Below, in pieces: positions 10,036 through 19,713 of a DNA stretch of 54,070 nucleotides. The stretch lies in NCBI GenBank assembly GCA_965365505.1, contig CBDUBY010000001.1, forward strand, positions 1 to 54,070, in the 5' to 3' direction. Within the stretch, counting starts at the first letter, position 1. Every line of letters starts with the position of its first letter. The translations under genes were made by a program, and so were the position numbers. Source of the DNA: an uncultured Pyrinomonadaceae bacterium (GTDB lineage: Bacteria; Acidobacteriota; Blastocatellia; Pyrinomonadales; Pyrinomonadaceae). The notes under the pieces were generated by a model. It was not told the origin of the DNA and searched no databases. It was given only the letters and a program-made list of their open reading frames with translations.

Positions 10036-11088
10036 TTAATTGACGATTTCAATCGTATCTCCGGCTTTAATCTGCGGATCAGGCTGCTTGCCGCCTTTTA
10101 TTAAATCCAAATCGAATTCCATCGGCGAGAGCAGTCCGACTTGATTTTTTCGGCGAATAATCGCCTTTTTAATACTGGCTTTTCGCAAACCGCCCGAAGC
10201 TAAAATTGCCTGCGTTAAGGTCAAGCCCGCATGAAAATCCTTCTGTCCGGCTGAGACGACATTGCCGCCGATAAAATAAAACTGCCGATTAGAAGTTGAT
10301 TCACCGTCGCTGCTGCCAGAAGACTTAAATTCGAGAATGTCGCCCGGGAAAATCAAAACGTCTTCGGATTTCGCGTCCATTAAATCTATTTGCTCGGTTT
10401 CCGCATTGGCGCGTTTGATAAAAAGCAAATCGGCTTTCGGCTGGACAATGGCTTCGGCGCGAATCATAAACAGCGGCACGGCTTCGCGCGGCAGATATTT
10501 TTCGCCCGGTTTTTCTACCAGACCGAAAACCGTAATCTGGTGGCTGGCGTGTTCGCGTACTTTGACGGAAATTTGCGGATTTTCATACAGCTTAATTTTC
10601 TCGCGCATCAAATCTTCAATCTCTTCGACCGTCAAACCGCTGACCGCAATCATCTCGCCCGCGAGCGGATAATCAATCGTGCCGTTATTCAAAACCGTGA
10701 AATATGTCGAATCTTTTGAAGGCGCGTTTTGCAGGCTAATGAATAAAACATCGCCGACGCCGACTTTATAAATTTCTGTGGGTGATATGGCGTTTTTGTT
10801 CGCCCGCTTCACGACTTCGAGCGTTTTGCTGGCGACCGAACGGCTCTCAAATTCTTTATTTTCAGCCGAGATGTTATCCGTGTCGGGTTCAGTTTGATTT
10901 TCCGCAATCAAAGGGACTTCGGTTTTTGTTTCGGAATTAACGGATTTGTTTTTTGTTTTCGGGTTTTGAGAGTATCCGAAATTTATTTTTTTAACCGTTT
11001 CCGGTTCTGACTGCGCCGCTGTGCTGCCAACGAATGTAAAGCCGGTCATCAAAATCAAAGCGAATAATTTTACGGGCTGAGTTTTCAT
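10036..11088 (-). CDS. polysaccharide export protein (Wza-like: Poly_export + SLBB domains)
   Basis: Signal peptide MKTQPVKLFALILMTGFTFVGSTAAQ, YKVGVGDVLFISL, PLAGEMIAVSGLTVEEIEDLMREKI, ITVFGLVEKPGEKYLP, and a C-terminal SLBB-like AGDTIEIV. Confidence 0.8.
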   Translation of the reverse strand: MKTQPVKLFALILMTGFTFVGSTAAQSEPETVKKINFGYSQNPKTKNKSVNSETKTEVPLIAENQTEPDTDNISAENKEFESRSVASKTLEVVKRANKNAISPTEIYKVGVGDVLFISLQNAPSKDSTYFTVLNNGTIDYPLAGEMIAVSGLTVEEIEDLMREKIKLYENPQISVKVREHASHQITVFGLVEKPGEKYLPREAVPLFMIRAEAIVQPKADLLFIKRANAETEQIDLMDAKSEDVLIFPGDILEFKSSGSSDGESTSNRQFYFIGGNVVSAGQKDFHAGLTLTQAILASGGLRKASIKKAIIRRKNQVGLLSPMEFDLDLIKGGKQPDPQIKAGDTIEIVN

Positions 11089-11261
11089 AAACATATTAAA
11101 GCAGATCACTGTAACAGTGCAGCTTGCTCGTCAATTGAAAATTTGCTCGGAGAACTCAAAGATAAAACAGATTCTCGATTTGAGCAAGTTTTTACGGCTC
11201 ATCACGCAGGATTTAGCCGACGCTTTAATAAAAGATTAAAAACTCTCTAATTCTAAAAACT

Positions 11262-13112
11262 TTAAAATTTAAATTTTCTTTTCGGCGGAAAAATTTCTTT
11301 CGGAAATAAATGCGACCATTTCTTCTGATAAAAAATCGAAACCGCCGCCTCAACTTCGTCAGCCGTCCGGCACGATTCCAAATTTCCGATTAGTTCCCGC
11401 GCTTCTTCAAAAGCGATTGCCGCAACGATTTTTCCGACACGCGGAATCGAGTTCACATTCATACTGATCTCCGTCGCACCCAAGCCAATCAGAATCGGAA
11501 TATAAACCGGCGAGCCAGCCATCTCGCCGCAAATTATCACCGGAATTCCTTTTTTATCAGCCGCCTGCAAGACCGTTTTGATTGCTCGCAAAACCGCCGG
11601 ATGAAGCGTCTGAAACGAATCGGCGACCGATTCGTTATCGCGGTCAGCCGCCAGCAAATACTGCACCAAATCGTTTGTGCCGAGACACAGACAATCAACC
11701 TCGGCAACAATCTCGTCAATCGTAAAAACCGCCGAAGGAATCTCTATCATCGCGCCGAGTTGCAGATTTCCATATTCGATTTTTTTCCGCCGCAGCGCGT
11801 CTTTTTCTCGCTGAAGAATTTGTTTCGTCCGAATAATTTCCGCCACATCGGAAATCATCGGCAGCACGATGTTGATATTATTGCCGTTTGACGCCTGAAG
11901 CAGAGCGCGCAGTTGAACACGAAATTCTTTCGGATACAAAAGCCCTAAACGAATGGCGCGAAGTCCGAGCGCGGGATTTTTTTCGCGCTCTTCGGTTTCG
12001 TCGGCAAGCTGCTCGATGCCCAAATCGAACGTGCGAATCCGCACGCCGTCCGCGCCGACGACGGCGGCGATTTTCCCGTAGGCTTCGATTTGCTGCTGCT
12101 CGGTCGGGAAACCTTTGAACTGATTAAATAAAAATTCCGAGCGGTAAAGCCCGATACCTTTTGCGCCGTAACGCTTCGCCTGAGCGTAACCTTTTGGCAA
12201 ATCGAGATTTGCCCTAATGATAATTTTGCGCCCGTCGAGTGTCGTTGATTCGCCGTTTGATGTTTCGGCTTCGCCGGATTCCGAACGGCGAATTTTTTCG
12301 GCGGCGCTTTTATAATTTTCGATGGTTTTTTTTTCAGGATTCAAAAAAATCTGTCCGGCGAATCCGTCAACGATTACTTGGTCGCCGTTTTTCACCTGCC
12401 GCAGAATTCTTTTCACGCCGGTCACGGCGGGCAAATTCATTTCGCGCGCCAGAATAAAAGTGTGCGAAGTCCAGCCGCCGTTTTCAGTGATAATCGCCTG
12501 CGGCTGACTGCTCATCAGTTCAATTAAAGTCGAAGGCAAGACTTCTTTAGCGACGATAATCGAGTTTTTTTCGAGCGCGACGGGCGATTTCCCGCTGCCG
12601 CCGAGAGCCGTCAAAATCCTATCGGCGACATCTTCCAAATCAATATATCGCTCGCGCAAATTCGCGTCTGAAATTGTTTTGTATTTGGCAATAAACTCTT
12701 CGGTCACGGTTTTCACCGCCCATTCCGCGTTCACTTTTTCAACTTCGATAAAAGTTTGGATTTTTGAATGCAGCGATTTATCTTCGAGAATCAAAAGGTG
12801 CGCCGAAAAAATATCGGCTTTCGTTTCTTTAATTTTATCGCTTTTTCGTGAACTGAGTTTTTTCAACTGATTAACGGAAAATTGGACTGCGGCGCGAAAT
12901 CGGCGAAGTTCCGATTTGATTTGCGAATCGCTAATCGCAAGGCGGTAAAACTGCTGCTTGCGCCCATGCAGACAAACGATTCTTCCAATCGCCAAACCTC
13001 TCGAAACCGCGCGTGCGTTGAGTCGTTGTTCGGTTTTAGTTTCCGGCGAGTTGAGAATTTGCTTTTTCTTATTCAAAGCATCCGCATTTGGAGTTCTGCC
13101 TTCAGGCGTCAA
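11262..13112 (-). CDS. ptsI: phosphoenolpyruvate-protein phosphotransferase (PTS enzyme I family)
   Basis: Phospho-His motif GGWTSHTFILAREMNLPAV, plus CLGTNDLVQYLLA and CGEMAG. The track start is a TTG, so the N-terminus is uncertain. No HPr or EII gene is adjacent. Confidence 0.85.
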   Translation of the reverse strand: MTPEGRTPNADALNKKKQILNSPETKTEQRLNARAVSRGLAIGRIVCLHGRKQQFYRLAISDSQIKSELRRFRAAVQFSVNQLKKLSSRKSDKIKETKADIFSAHLLILEDKSLHSKIQTFIEVEKVNAEWAVKTVTEEFIAKYKTISDANLRERYIDLEDVADRILTALGGSGKSPVALEKNSIIVAKEVLPSTLIELMSSQPQAIITENGGWTSHTFILAREMNLPAVTGVKRILRQVKNGDQVIVDGFAGQIFLNPEKKTIENYKSAAEKIRRSESGEAETSNGESTTLDGRKIIIRANLDLPKGYAQAKRYGAKGIGLYRSEFLFNQFKGFPTEQQQIEAYGKIAAVVGADGVRIRTFDLGIEQLADETEEREKNPALGLRAIRLGLLYPKEFRVQLRALLQASNGNNINIVLPMISDVAEIIRTKQILQREKDALRRKKIEYGNLQLGAMIEIPSAVFTIDEIVAEVDCLCLGTNDLVQYLLAADRDNESVADSFQTLHPAVLRAIKTVLQAADKKGIPVIICGEMAGSPVYIPILIGLGATEISMNVNSIPRVGKIVAAIAFEEARELIGNLESCRTADEVEAAVSIFYQKKWSHLFPKEIFPPKRKFKF

Positions 13113-13122
13113 AGAATGGTGC

Positions 13123-13689
13123 CTAAAGGCGCGATTCCAAACTTACTCCTTTTGATTTTTCGATGATTAGGCGGCAGGCGGCTTCGGCGGTTTCGGCAAA
13201 GTCGAGCAGCGCGACATCCGCGTCGCTGACGACCAGATTTTCCTGCCAGCAGTCAACGACTTTCCGCCAGCAATCGCCGACCAAAACTATCGGTCGCCGA
13301 TCAATCACGCCGGTTTGCAGTTTGTTCCAAACCAGGGAAATTTCCGTCACCGTTCCCATTCCGCCGCGCAGCGCGACGAAGCCGACCGAGCGCATAATCA
13401 GATTTTGCAGTCGTTCGTAAAAATGCTGGGAAGCAACTTTATCGGTTAGATAACGGTTCGGCTCTGTTTTGAATTCGTTCATTAGAACTCCAAAAACGCG
13501 CCCGCCTTTATCTCGCGCGCCGCGCGAAGCCGCTTCCATCACGCCCAAATAGCCGCCGGTGCAAATGGTAAATCCGGCTTCCGCTAATGTCGCGCCGATT
13601 TCTCTTGCCTCACGATATTCGGCGGTATTTTCGCCGCACCTCGAACCGCCAAAAATGGTTACGATTTTGTCTTTGTTTTCGTTAATCAC
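13123..13689 (-). CDS. LOG/TIGR00725-like Rossmann-fold protein
   Basis: IFGGSRCGE...CTGGYLGVMEAASRGA...RGGMGTVTEI resembles the LOG-family GGxGT-E signature. GTG start. Confidence 0.7.
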   Translation of the reverse strand: MINENKDKIVTIFGGSRCGENTAEYREAREIGATLAEAGFTICTGGYLGVMEAASRGARDKGGRVFGVLMNEFKTEPNRYLTDKVASQHFYERLQNLIMRSVGFVALRGGMGTVTEISLVWNKLQTGVIDRRPIVLVGDCWRKVVDCWQENLVVSDADVALLDFAETAEAACRLIIEKSKGVSLESRL

Positions 13690-13804
13690 AATTTTTTCAG
13701 ATTATTTATTTCGGAAAAACTCAAAATCTATTATACCCGAATCCGACAATCTGCCAAAAAGTCGCGGAAACTTGCCGGTAGAGAATCAGGCAGTTTGTCA
13801 ATTT

Positions 13805-15172
13805 TCATCCGGCGGCAGTTGCGGCTTCCTCGGGCGTTAAGTTTCCCGCTTCGTGAATCGCGCGTTTCGTATCGGTAAAAATCAGAATCAAGATTCCGGC
13901 AGCGAAAAATAAGATCATTGAAAGAATCGCCTGCCGAAACGAGCCGGTCGCGCCGACGACGATGCCGAAAACCAGAGAACCGACGAGCGAAGTCCCCTTT
14001 TCGGAAATTTCGTAAAGCCCGAAAAACGAAGACTCGCGTCCGTTTGGAATCATCTGCGAATAAAGCGAACGCGAGAGTGCCTGCGAGCTGCCGAGTACCA
14101 GCCCAATACAGGCTGCCATCGCCCACGCCTGCGCCGGTGTCTGCAAAAACGCGTAGGCATAAATGACGATTAAAATCCAAACGCCGAGCGAAATCAGCAA
14201 AGTGTATTTTGTTCCGATAATGCGCGCCAGCCGCTCGAATAAAATCGCGCCGATTAGGGCGCAGATTTGCGAGACCAGAAAAATTCCGAGCAGAAACGAT
14301 TGACTCGCTTCCTCGCCGCGCGCCACGAAAAGTTCCTGCGCGAGAAAAACCGACGCGCTCGTGATGACCGTCTGTATGCCGTTGTTGTAACAAAAACAGG
14401 CGAGCAGAAACCGCGCCGTTTGCCGCAGCCGATTCAATTCCCGAAATGTTTTGCCGAGTTCGCCGAAACCGACCGAAACGATGTTCACGTTTTCGGGCAA
14501 TGCCTTGGTCGCGCCGCGCGGCTTGAGCGCGAAAAACGCAAACAAAGCGAAAAATCCCCACCAGAGTGCCGCCGCCAGAAACGAAAGCCGCACCGCGAAG
14601 CCCGTTGAAAAACCGTATGACTCGGCGTTTTGGACAAAAATAATGTTCAAAATCAACATCACGATTCCGCCGAGATAGCCGCACGCGAAACCGTAACTCG
14701 AAATCGAATCGCGCCGGTCTTCGGTCGTAATGTCAACCAGATAAGCGTTGTAGAAAATGTTCGCCGCGCCGAAACACAAATTGGCGGCGATCAGCAAAAT
14801 CGCGCCGTAGAGATACGCGCCGCCTTCGATAAAAAATAACAGCGCGCTCGCCAACGCGCCGCAGTAACAAAAAATTGTCATCAGACGCTTTTTCAAATTC
14901 GTGTAGTCGGCGATGCCGCCGAGAACGGGCAGCAGCAAAACCTGGCAAAAAACCGAAACGGAAATCGCAAACGACGGCAGGCTTTTCGCCGTTACCGCAC
15001 CGAGCCAGCCGAAACTCAACACAACGCCGTTCTCGCCGACCTGCGCCTGCGCCAGCGAAGTCAGATACGGCGCGATTAAAACGCCGATGACGGTCGTGTA
15101 AAAAGCCGAATTCGCCCAGTCATACGCCAGCCAGCCGAAAATTTCGCGGCGGTCGTTTTTCTTCAATTCCAT
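13805..15172 (-). CDS. MFS transporter (UMF1/Atg22-like)
   Basis: MELKKNDRREIFGWLAYDWANSAFYTTV at the N-terminus and about 12 TM segments. Start moved to ATG 15172, which sits just after the upstream gene's stop at 15178. Confidence 0.8.
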   Translation of the reverse strand: MELKKNDRREIFGWLAYDWANSAFYTTVIGVLIAPYLTSLAQAQVGENGVVLSFGWLGAVTAKSLPSFAISVSVFCQVLLLPVLGGIADYTNLKKRLMTIFCYCGALASALLFFIEGGAYLYGAILLIAANLCFGAANIFYNAYLVDITTEDRRDSISSYGFACGYLGGIVMLILNIIFVQNAESYGFSTGFAVRLSFLAAALWWGFFALFAFFALKPRGATKALPENVNIVSVGFGELGKTFRELNRLRQTARFLLACFCYNNGIQTVITSASVFLAQELFVARGEEASQSFLLGIFLVSQICALIGAILFERLARIIGTKYTLLISLGVWILIVIYAYAFLQTPAQAWAMAACIGLVLGSSQALSRSLYSQMIPNGRESSFFGLYEISEKGTSLVGSLVFGIVVGATGSFRQAILSMILFFAAGILILIFTDTKRAIHEAGNLTPEEAATAAG

Positions 15173-15177
15173 AAAAT

Positions 15178-16074
15178 TTAATCGCTCAATAAATTTATGA
15201 TTGTGGGCGTTATGTCGCTCAAATCTTTTATCGTCGCGGAAATTTCTTCGCCGCGTCTGCCCCAAACAATGGTCGGGACGTCGTTTAAAGTGTGTGTTCG
15301 GATTGACAAATCTTCGATGTTTCCGTGGTCGCTTGTCAAGATGACGGTCGTTAATTTCAAATCAACTTTCTTAATCGTTTCTCTCATAAAGGCGGCAAGC
15401 GGCGGCAGATATTCGGCGGCTTTCTCGAAACTCTGCGCGTGTCCGATTTTGTCGGTGATAAAATATTCGTAAAGCGTGAAACGATTTTTCGTCGTTAAAT
15501 CGGCTAAAATCTGCGCCGCGTCCGACGGCGAAAAAGGCGGCACGTCGAAATTCATTTCAATCAAATGTTGATTTGAAAAATCGTGAAAAATCGCTGCGCG
15601 TCCGAGCAAATCGGGCAGTCGGCGAAACGACATTTCAGCCGCTTCGACCGCGCAGGTCGTCGCCGATTTCCAGCGCGGCGGTTCGTTAAAAAAACGCGGC
15701 GTGTAAGCGTTGGCAAAAACATTCGGCTCGATGCCGCGCTGTTTCAATTGCAGAAAAATCGAATGTTCGGCAATCACGTCGCGCAGTTTTTGATTGGGAA
15801 ATCCCTGCTTGTGATTGCCCAAAATCTGCGGCGCGTTGATGCCGGTTAAAATTGTGGTCTGTCCCGACGCGCTTTGCGGGCGACCTTCGATGCCGAGTCG
15901 CGGGTCGGTCGGAATTAAAACGCCGTCGAAAATAATTTTCGCCGATTCATCCTTAAAATGCGCGAGCGGTTCAATGTCGGCGATGCCGGCGAGCGGATTC
16001 GATTCGCCGCGTTCGCCGATGCCCAAGCCGTCAATGAAGAACAGCAAAACGGAAGATTGTCGGTCGGATTTCAC
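15178..16074 (-). CDS. alkaline-phosphatase-superfamily metalloenzyme (iPGM/phosphopentomutase-like core)
   Basis: FIDGLGIG (N-terminal metal Asp), SASGQTTILTG, DKIGH and TSDHGNIED motifs. The GTG start overlaps the upstream stop (GTGA). Confidence 0.6.
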   Translation of the reverse strand: MKSDRQSSVLLFFIDGLGIGERGESNPLAGIADIEPLAHFKDESAKIIFDGVLIPTDPRLGIEGRPQSASGQTTILTGINAPQILGNHKQGFPNQKLRDVIAEHSIFLQLKQRGIEPNVFANAYTPRFFNEPPRWKSATTCAVEAAEMSFRRLPDLLGRAAIFHDFSNQHLIEMNFDVPPFSPSDAAQILADLTTKNRFTLYEYFITDKIGHAQSFEKAAEYLPPLAAFMRETIKKVDLKLTTVILTSDHGNIEDLSIRTHTLNDVPTIVWGRRGEEISATIKDLSDITPTIINLLSD

Positions 16075-16838
16075 TTATCCACTTTAGCAATTTTATCCGT
16101 GCGAAATAAAACCGCGTGTTTGAAATCGTGTTCTTTGAGCATCTGAAAAAGATTGCCGTCAATGGCGGAAACTTTTATCTCCGATAAAAGTTCGGTTAAA
16201 GGCTTACTGCCGAAAACGTATCTCAGATGAATAAAATCCGTTGGCGCGGTGAACACAAACTCGTCAATCGCGCCGCCTGCGAGCAAAGTTTTCATTCGGG
16301 CAACTTCGCTCGTGTCAGAAATTTTTATTTGATAAACCGGCAGTTCTTCAACCTTTGCTTTTTCCAGTTTCAGTTTCTCGACAAGTTCGATTTGGTGCGA
16401 ATCTTCCTTAGGAATGAGAAACTTTAAATCAGCTAAATTGTCCGCGCCGATATAATCTTTCAGCGACGATAAAATCGTTTCCGCCTCAACGCGACTCGGA
16501 ATAACGTCGGTATGCAGTTGAACGAAACGCAGTTGGTCGGCGACCTGTTCGCCGAAGGCGCAAAAGCGCAGCGCGTCGAGTTCGAATAAATCCGTTTCGT
16601 TCGCGGCTAAAATTTGCAGAAAAAAATCTACCGCCAAAACATCCGGGAAAATCAGCCAATCGAAACTCTCTATTTTCTTCGCAATTTCCGCCGCATTTTC
16701 GTCCGGCACAATCGTTTCCGATACAATCGGCGAAAATTTAAAGACTTTCGCGCCTGTCGTTTCGAGTTCGAGGATGAGTTTTTTACTCGCGGGATTGTCG
16801 TAAACGGCGAAAGTTTTTCCGGCGGTTTTTTCGGACAT
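16071..16838 (-). CDS. uroporphyrinogen-III synthase (HemD)-fold protein
   Basis: Two-lobed HemD-like pattern (WLIFPDVLAVDFF ... FVFTAPTDFIHL). No other heme genes are nearby, so the function is uncertain. Confidence 0.45.
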   Translation of the reverse strand: MSEKTAGKTFAVYDNPASKKLILELETTGAKVFKFSPIVSETIVPDENAAEIAKKIESFDWLIFPDVLAVDFFLQILAANETDLFELDALRFCAFGEQVADQLRFVQLHTDVIPSRVEAETILSSLKDYIGADNLADLKFLIPKEDSHQIELVEKLKLEKAKVEELPVYQIKISDTSEVARMKTLLAGGAIDEFVFTAPTDFIHLRYVFGSKPLTELLSEIKVSAIDGNLFQMLKEHDFKHAVLFRTDKIAKVDK

Positions 16839-16971
16839 ATCTACAAATTCTAAACCGCTCGCGAAAATCCGCAAGTTTGCAATTAAGTTTCAAAATAAAG
16901 TAAGGTTTGACGTGCGTAAAACGGTTTCGGATATTTACCGACGCCCGTTTTTCCCGATTGATTTGTCCGCT

Positions 16972-17979
16972 ATGAAAGCAATGATTTTAGCCGCCGGTTT
17001 CGGAACGCGGCTTTTTCCGTTAACCATTGACCGCACCAAACCGGCGATTCCGTTTCTCGGCAAACCGCTGGTCGGCTACGTCGCCGAATACGTGGCGCGG
17101 TTCGGTTTCGAGCAAGTCGTCGTTAATCTTCATCATCAGCCCGAGTCCGTTAAAAAGGCACTCGGCGACGGCGAAAAGTTCGGCGTTACTATTTCTTACA
17201 CCGAAGAAACGCCAGCCATTCTGGGAACGGCGGGCGCGCTCGACAACGCGCGGCATCTGCTCGAAGACGAAACTTTTTTAATCATCAACGGTAAAATTAT
17301 CACCGATATAGACATTGCCGCCGCGCTCGTAACGCACCGCAAATCGGGAGCGCTGGCGACGATGGTTTTAAAGCCGAACACCAACCGTGAACGATTTACC
17401 ATCGTCGAAACCGAGAATGATTTAATAAAAGGGTTCGGCGATTTCCCTGAACTTTACACTGTCGAACAACTTTCCACTCACAATTCTCCGCCTTCCACGC
17501 CCTTAATGTTCACGGGCATTCACATTTTGGAACCGCGAGTTTTCGACTACATTCCGCGCGGCGTTTATTCGGACATTGTGCCGACGTTTTATCGTCCGGC
17601 GATTGAAAAAGGCGAGAAGATTGCGGCGCACGTTGCCGACGGAAATTGGTTTGAACTCTCGACCATTCCGCGCTATCTGGACATTTCGCTGGCGATGCTC
17701 GATGGTCAGGCGGAGAGATTAGTAAAAGGTGAAAACTGCGTAATCTCTAACAGCGCGACGGTAAAAGATTCGGTCGTCTGGGACGATGTTCGCATCGAAG
17801 ACGGCGCGGAACTCTCGCACACGATTATCGCCGACGGCGTGCGAGTCAAAAGCGGCGAGCGATTTGAAAACGTCGCCATCGTGCGTGCTGAAATGCTTTC
17901 CCACTGCGAGGAAATTCCGCCGAAGGCTCTCAAAGGCTTTATTCAGGACGAAAATTATGTCGTTCCGCTCAATCAATGA
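16972..17979 (+). CDS. sugar-1-phosphate nucleotidyltransferase with C-terminal left-handed beta-helix (MurU/GCD1-like)
   Basis: MKAMILAAGFGTRLFPLTIDRTKPAIPFLGKPLV signature, and C-terminal hexapeptide-like repeats (VISNSATVKDSVVWDDVRIEDGAELSHTIIADGVRV). Confidence 0.85.
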   Translation: MKAMILAAGFGTRLFPLTIDRTKPAIPFLGKPLVGYVAEYVARFGFEQVVVNLHHQPESVKKALGDGEKFGVTISYTEETPAILGTAGALDNARHLLEDETFLIINGKIITDIDIAAALVTHRKSGALATMVLKPNTNRERFTIVETENDLIKGFGDFPELYTVEQLSTHNSPPSTPLMFTGIHILEPRVFDYIPRGVYSDIVPTFYRPAIEKGEKIAAHVADGNWFELSTIPRYLDISLAMLDGQAERLVKGENCVISNSATVKDSVVWDDVRIEDGAELSHTIIADGVRVKSGERFENVAIVRAEMLSHCEEIPPKALKGFIQDENYVVPLNQ

Positions 17980-19012
17980 TAAAATTTCACCTCATAAAAG
18001 TATGAGCCGAGTCTTTACCGAAGCCGCCGCTGCCAGACTGCAAAACTTTCTGGCGGACAATAATCAAAAAACCGAAATTGAAGTTTTAACGCCCGACGCC
18101 TCGACGCGCGAATATTTTCGCGTAACCTGGAACGACCAATTGGCAATTGCGTGTGTCTATGCGGAAACATTCCGCGCCGCCGAACATTCTTACCTTGATG
18201 TTACCGCGCTTTTTCTCGCCAATGAACTGCCCGTCGCCGAGGTTTATCAATTCGATGAAAACTTAGGGATCGTTATTCAGGAAGATTTCGGCGATTTGAT
18301 TTTGCGCGACTTGCTTCATCAATCGAATGACGAAACGCGCGATGATTTTTTGAATCGAGCGATTGCTTTGATTGCTAAAATCCAGTCAGCCACGGCGAGT
18401 GCTTTTGAAAGAAATTCGATTGCCGCACGACTTAGATTCGACGAAGAAAAACTTTTATGGGAACTGAATTTTTTCAAGACTCACTATTTTGAAACTTACC
18501 GACAGACGAAACTTGCCGAAGCCGACGAGAAAAATTTAAACGTAGAATTCAATGATCTGGCGCAAAGGCTGTCGCAGCGGGCGAGCGTTCTGTGTCATCG
18601 TGATTTTCACGCGGCGAATTTAATGCTCGACCGCGAAAATCGTCTGCGAATCATTGACCATCAGGACGCGCGAATCGGCGCGGCGAGTTACGATCTGGTA
18701 TCTTTGCTGCTCGACCGAATCACGGAAATTCCCGACGACGACTGGCTCGACCGAAAGAAACGATTGTTTCTTGCCGAGCGCGAAAAACTCGGTTTGGAAT
18801 TTATTGACGCGGAAAATTTCGATGCCGAATTTCAATTGCAGACGATTCAACGCTGCTTAAAAGCCGTCGGCACGTTTTCGTTTCAGTCGGTCAATCGCGG
18901 CAAAACTTATTTTATTCCATATATCCGACCGATGCTGAAAATCGTTTTACAGGCGGCACGCAAATCAAATGAATTTCCGCATCTGCAAAGAATTATCGAA
19001 TCTGAAGTTTAG
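17957..19012 (+). CDS. APH-fold sugar kinase (AmgK-like N-acetylmuramate/GlcNAc kinase candidate)
   Basis: HRDFHAANLML catalytic loop and IIDHQDARIGAASYDLVSLL (DxQDA...YDL motif). The start is ambiguous: ATG 17957 overlaps the upstream gene, and ATG 18002 is the alternative. Confidence 0.7.
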   Translation: MSFRSINDKISPHKSMSRVFTEAAAARLQNFLADNNQKTEIEVLTPDASTREYFRVTWNDQLAIACVYAETFRAAEHSYLDVTALFLANELPVAEVYQFDENLGIVIQEDFGDLILRDLLHQSNDETRDDFLNRAIALIAKIQSATASAFERNSIAARLRFDEEKLLWELNFFKTHYFETYRQTKLAEADEKNLNVEFNDLAQRLSQRASVLCHRDFHAANLMLDRENRLRIIDHQDARIGAASYDLVSLLLDRITEIPDDDWLDRKKRLFLAEREKLGLEFIDAENFDAEFQLQTIQRCLKAVGTFSFQSVNRGKTYFIPYIRPMLKIVLQAARKSNEFPHLQRIIESEV

Positions 19013-19182
19013 AAAAATACCGCTTGCCGCAAACTCAAGATAAAAATCACGAAAATAATTTCGTCCGCCTGTTAACCTCGTCTTCGATTCAGCCGTTATA
19101 AAAGCAAATCGAACAAAAAGCCGAAAACAAAACCGACTTTTCCGCTCCGGTTTATTCATTAAATTAAAGAGGAATAATATTT

Positions 19183-19695
19183 ATGGACGACCAAATGCTG
19201 CATCATTTTATGCAAGACCTGATTGCAATCGTTGTGTTTCCCAGTTTAATTTTCGCTTTCACGTGGATTATCGGCATGATCATCCACGCCTTTCGCCATC
19301 GCGCGACTTTGCGGGCGCAAGCCGAATTTCATAATCGAATACTGGAAAAATTCAGTTCCGCCGCCGAGTTCACCGATTATCTGAAATCTGAAGCCGGACG
19401 AGATTTCTTTGAAAGTCTCGGCAGCGAACCGGCAACGCCGATGACCAGAATCCTCAGCTCGATTCAGCGCGGCATAATTTTAACTTTGCTTGGCGCAGCA
19501 TTTTTCCTGACCCGTTTCGTTATCGGAACGGCGGACAGTTACAGCATTATGATTATTATCGCCACAGTATTGGTAATGCTCGGCATCGGCTTTTTAATCT
19601 CTTCGGTGGTTTCCCACCGGCTGGCAAAATCCTGGGGCTTAATTCAGAATGACAAGGGAAAAATTTCCGTGCCTTCCACCGCCACATCAATATAA
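19183..19695 (+). CDS. hypothetical multi-pass membrane protein
   Basis: AAAGAGG RBS. Three or four hydrophobic helices. Lies immediately upstream of an ECF sigma/anti-sigma pair. Confidence 0.6.
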   Translation: MDDQMLHHFMQDLIAIVVFPSLIFAFTWIIGMIIHAFRHRATLRAQAEFHNRILEKFSSAAEFTDYLKSEAGRDFFESLGSEPATPMTRILSSIQRGIILTLLGAAFFLTRFVIGTADSYSIMIIIATVLVMLGIGFLISSVVSHRLAKSWGLIQNDKGKISVPSTATSI

Positions 19696-19713
19696 TTATT
19701 CGCTGGTGTCAAT

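Noticed and set aside
13731-14684. 317-aa Arg-rich ORF on the minus strand
   Set aside because: It lies entirely inside the MFS transporter gene in another frame. It is low-complexity and Arg/Gly/Ala-rich, as expected from off-frame GC-rich coding sequence, and it has no RBS or family resemblance.
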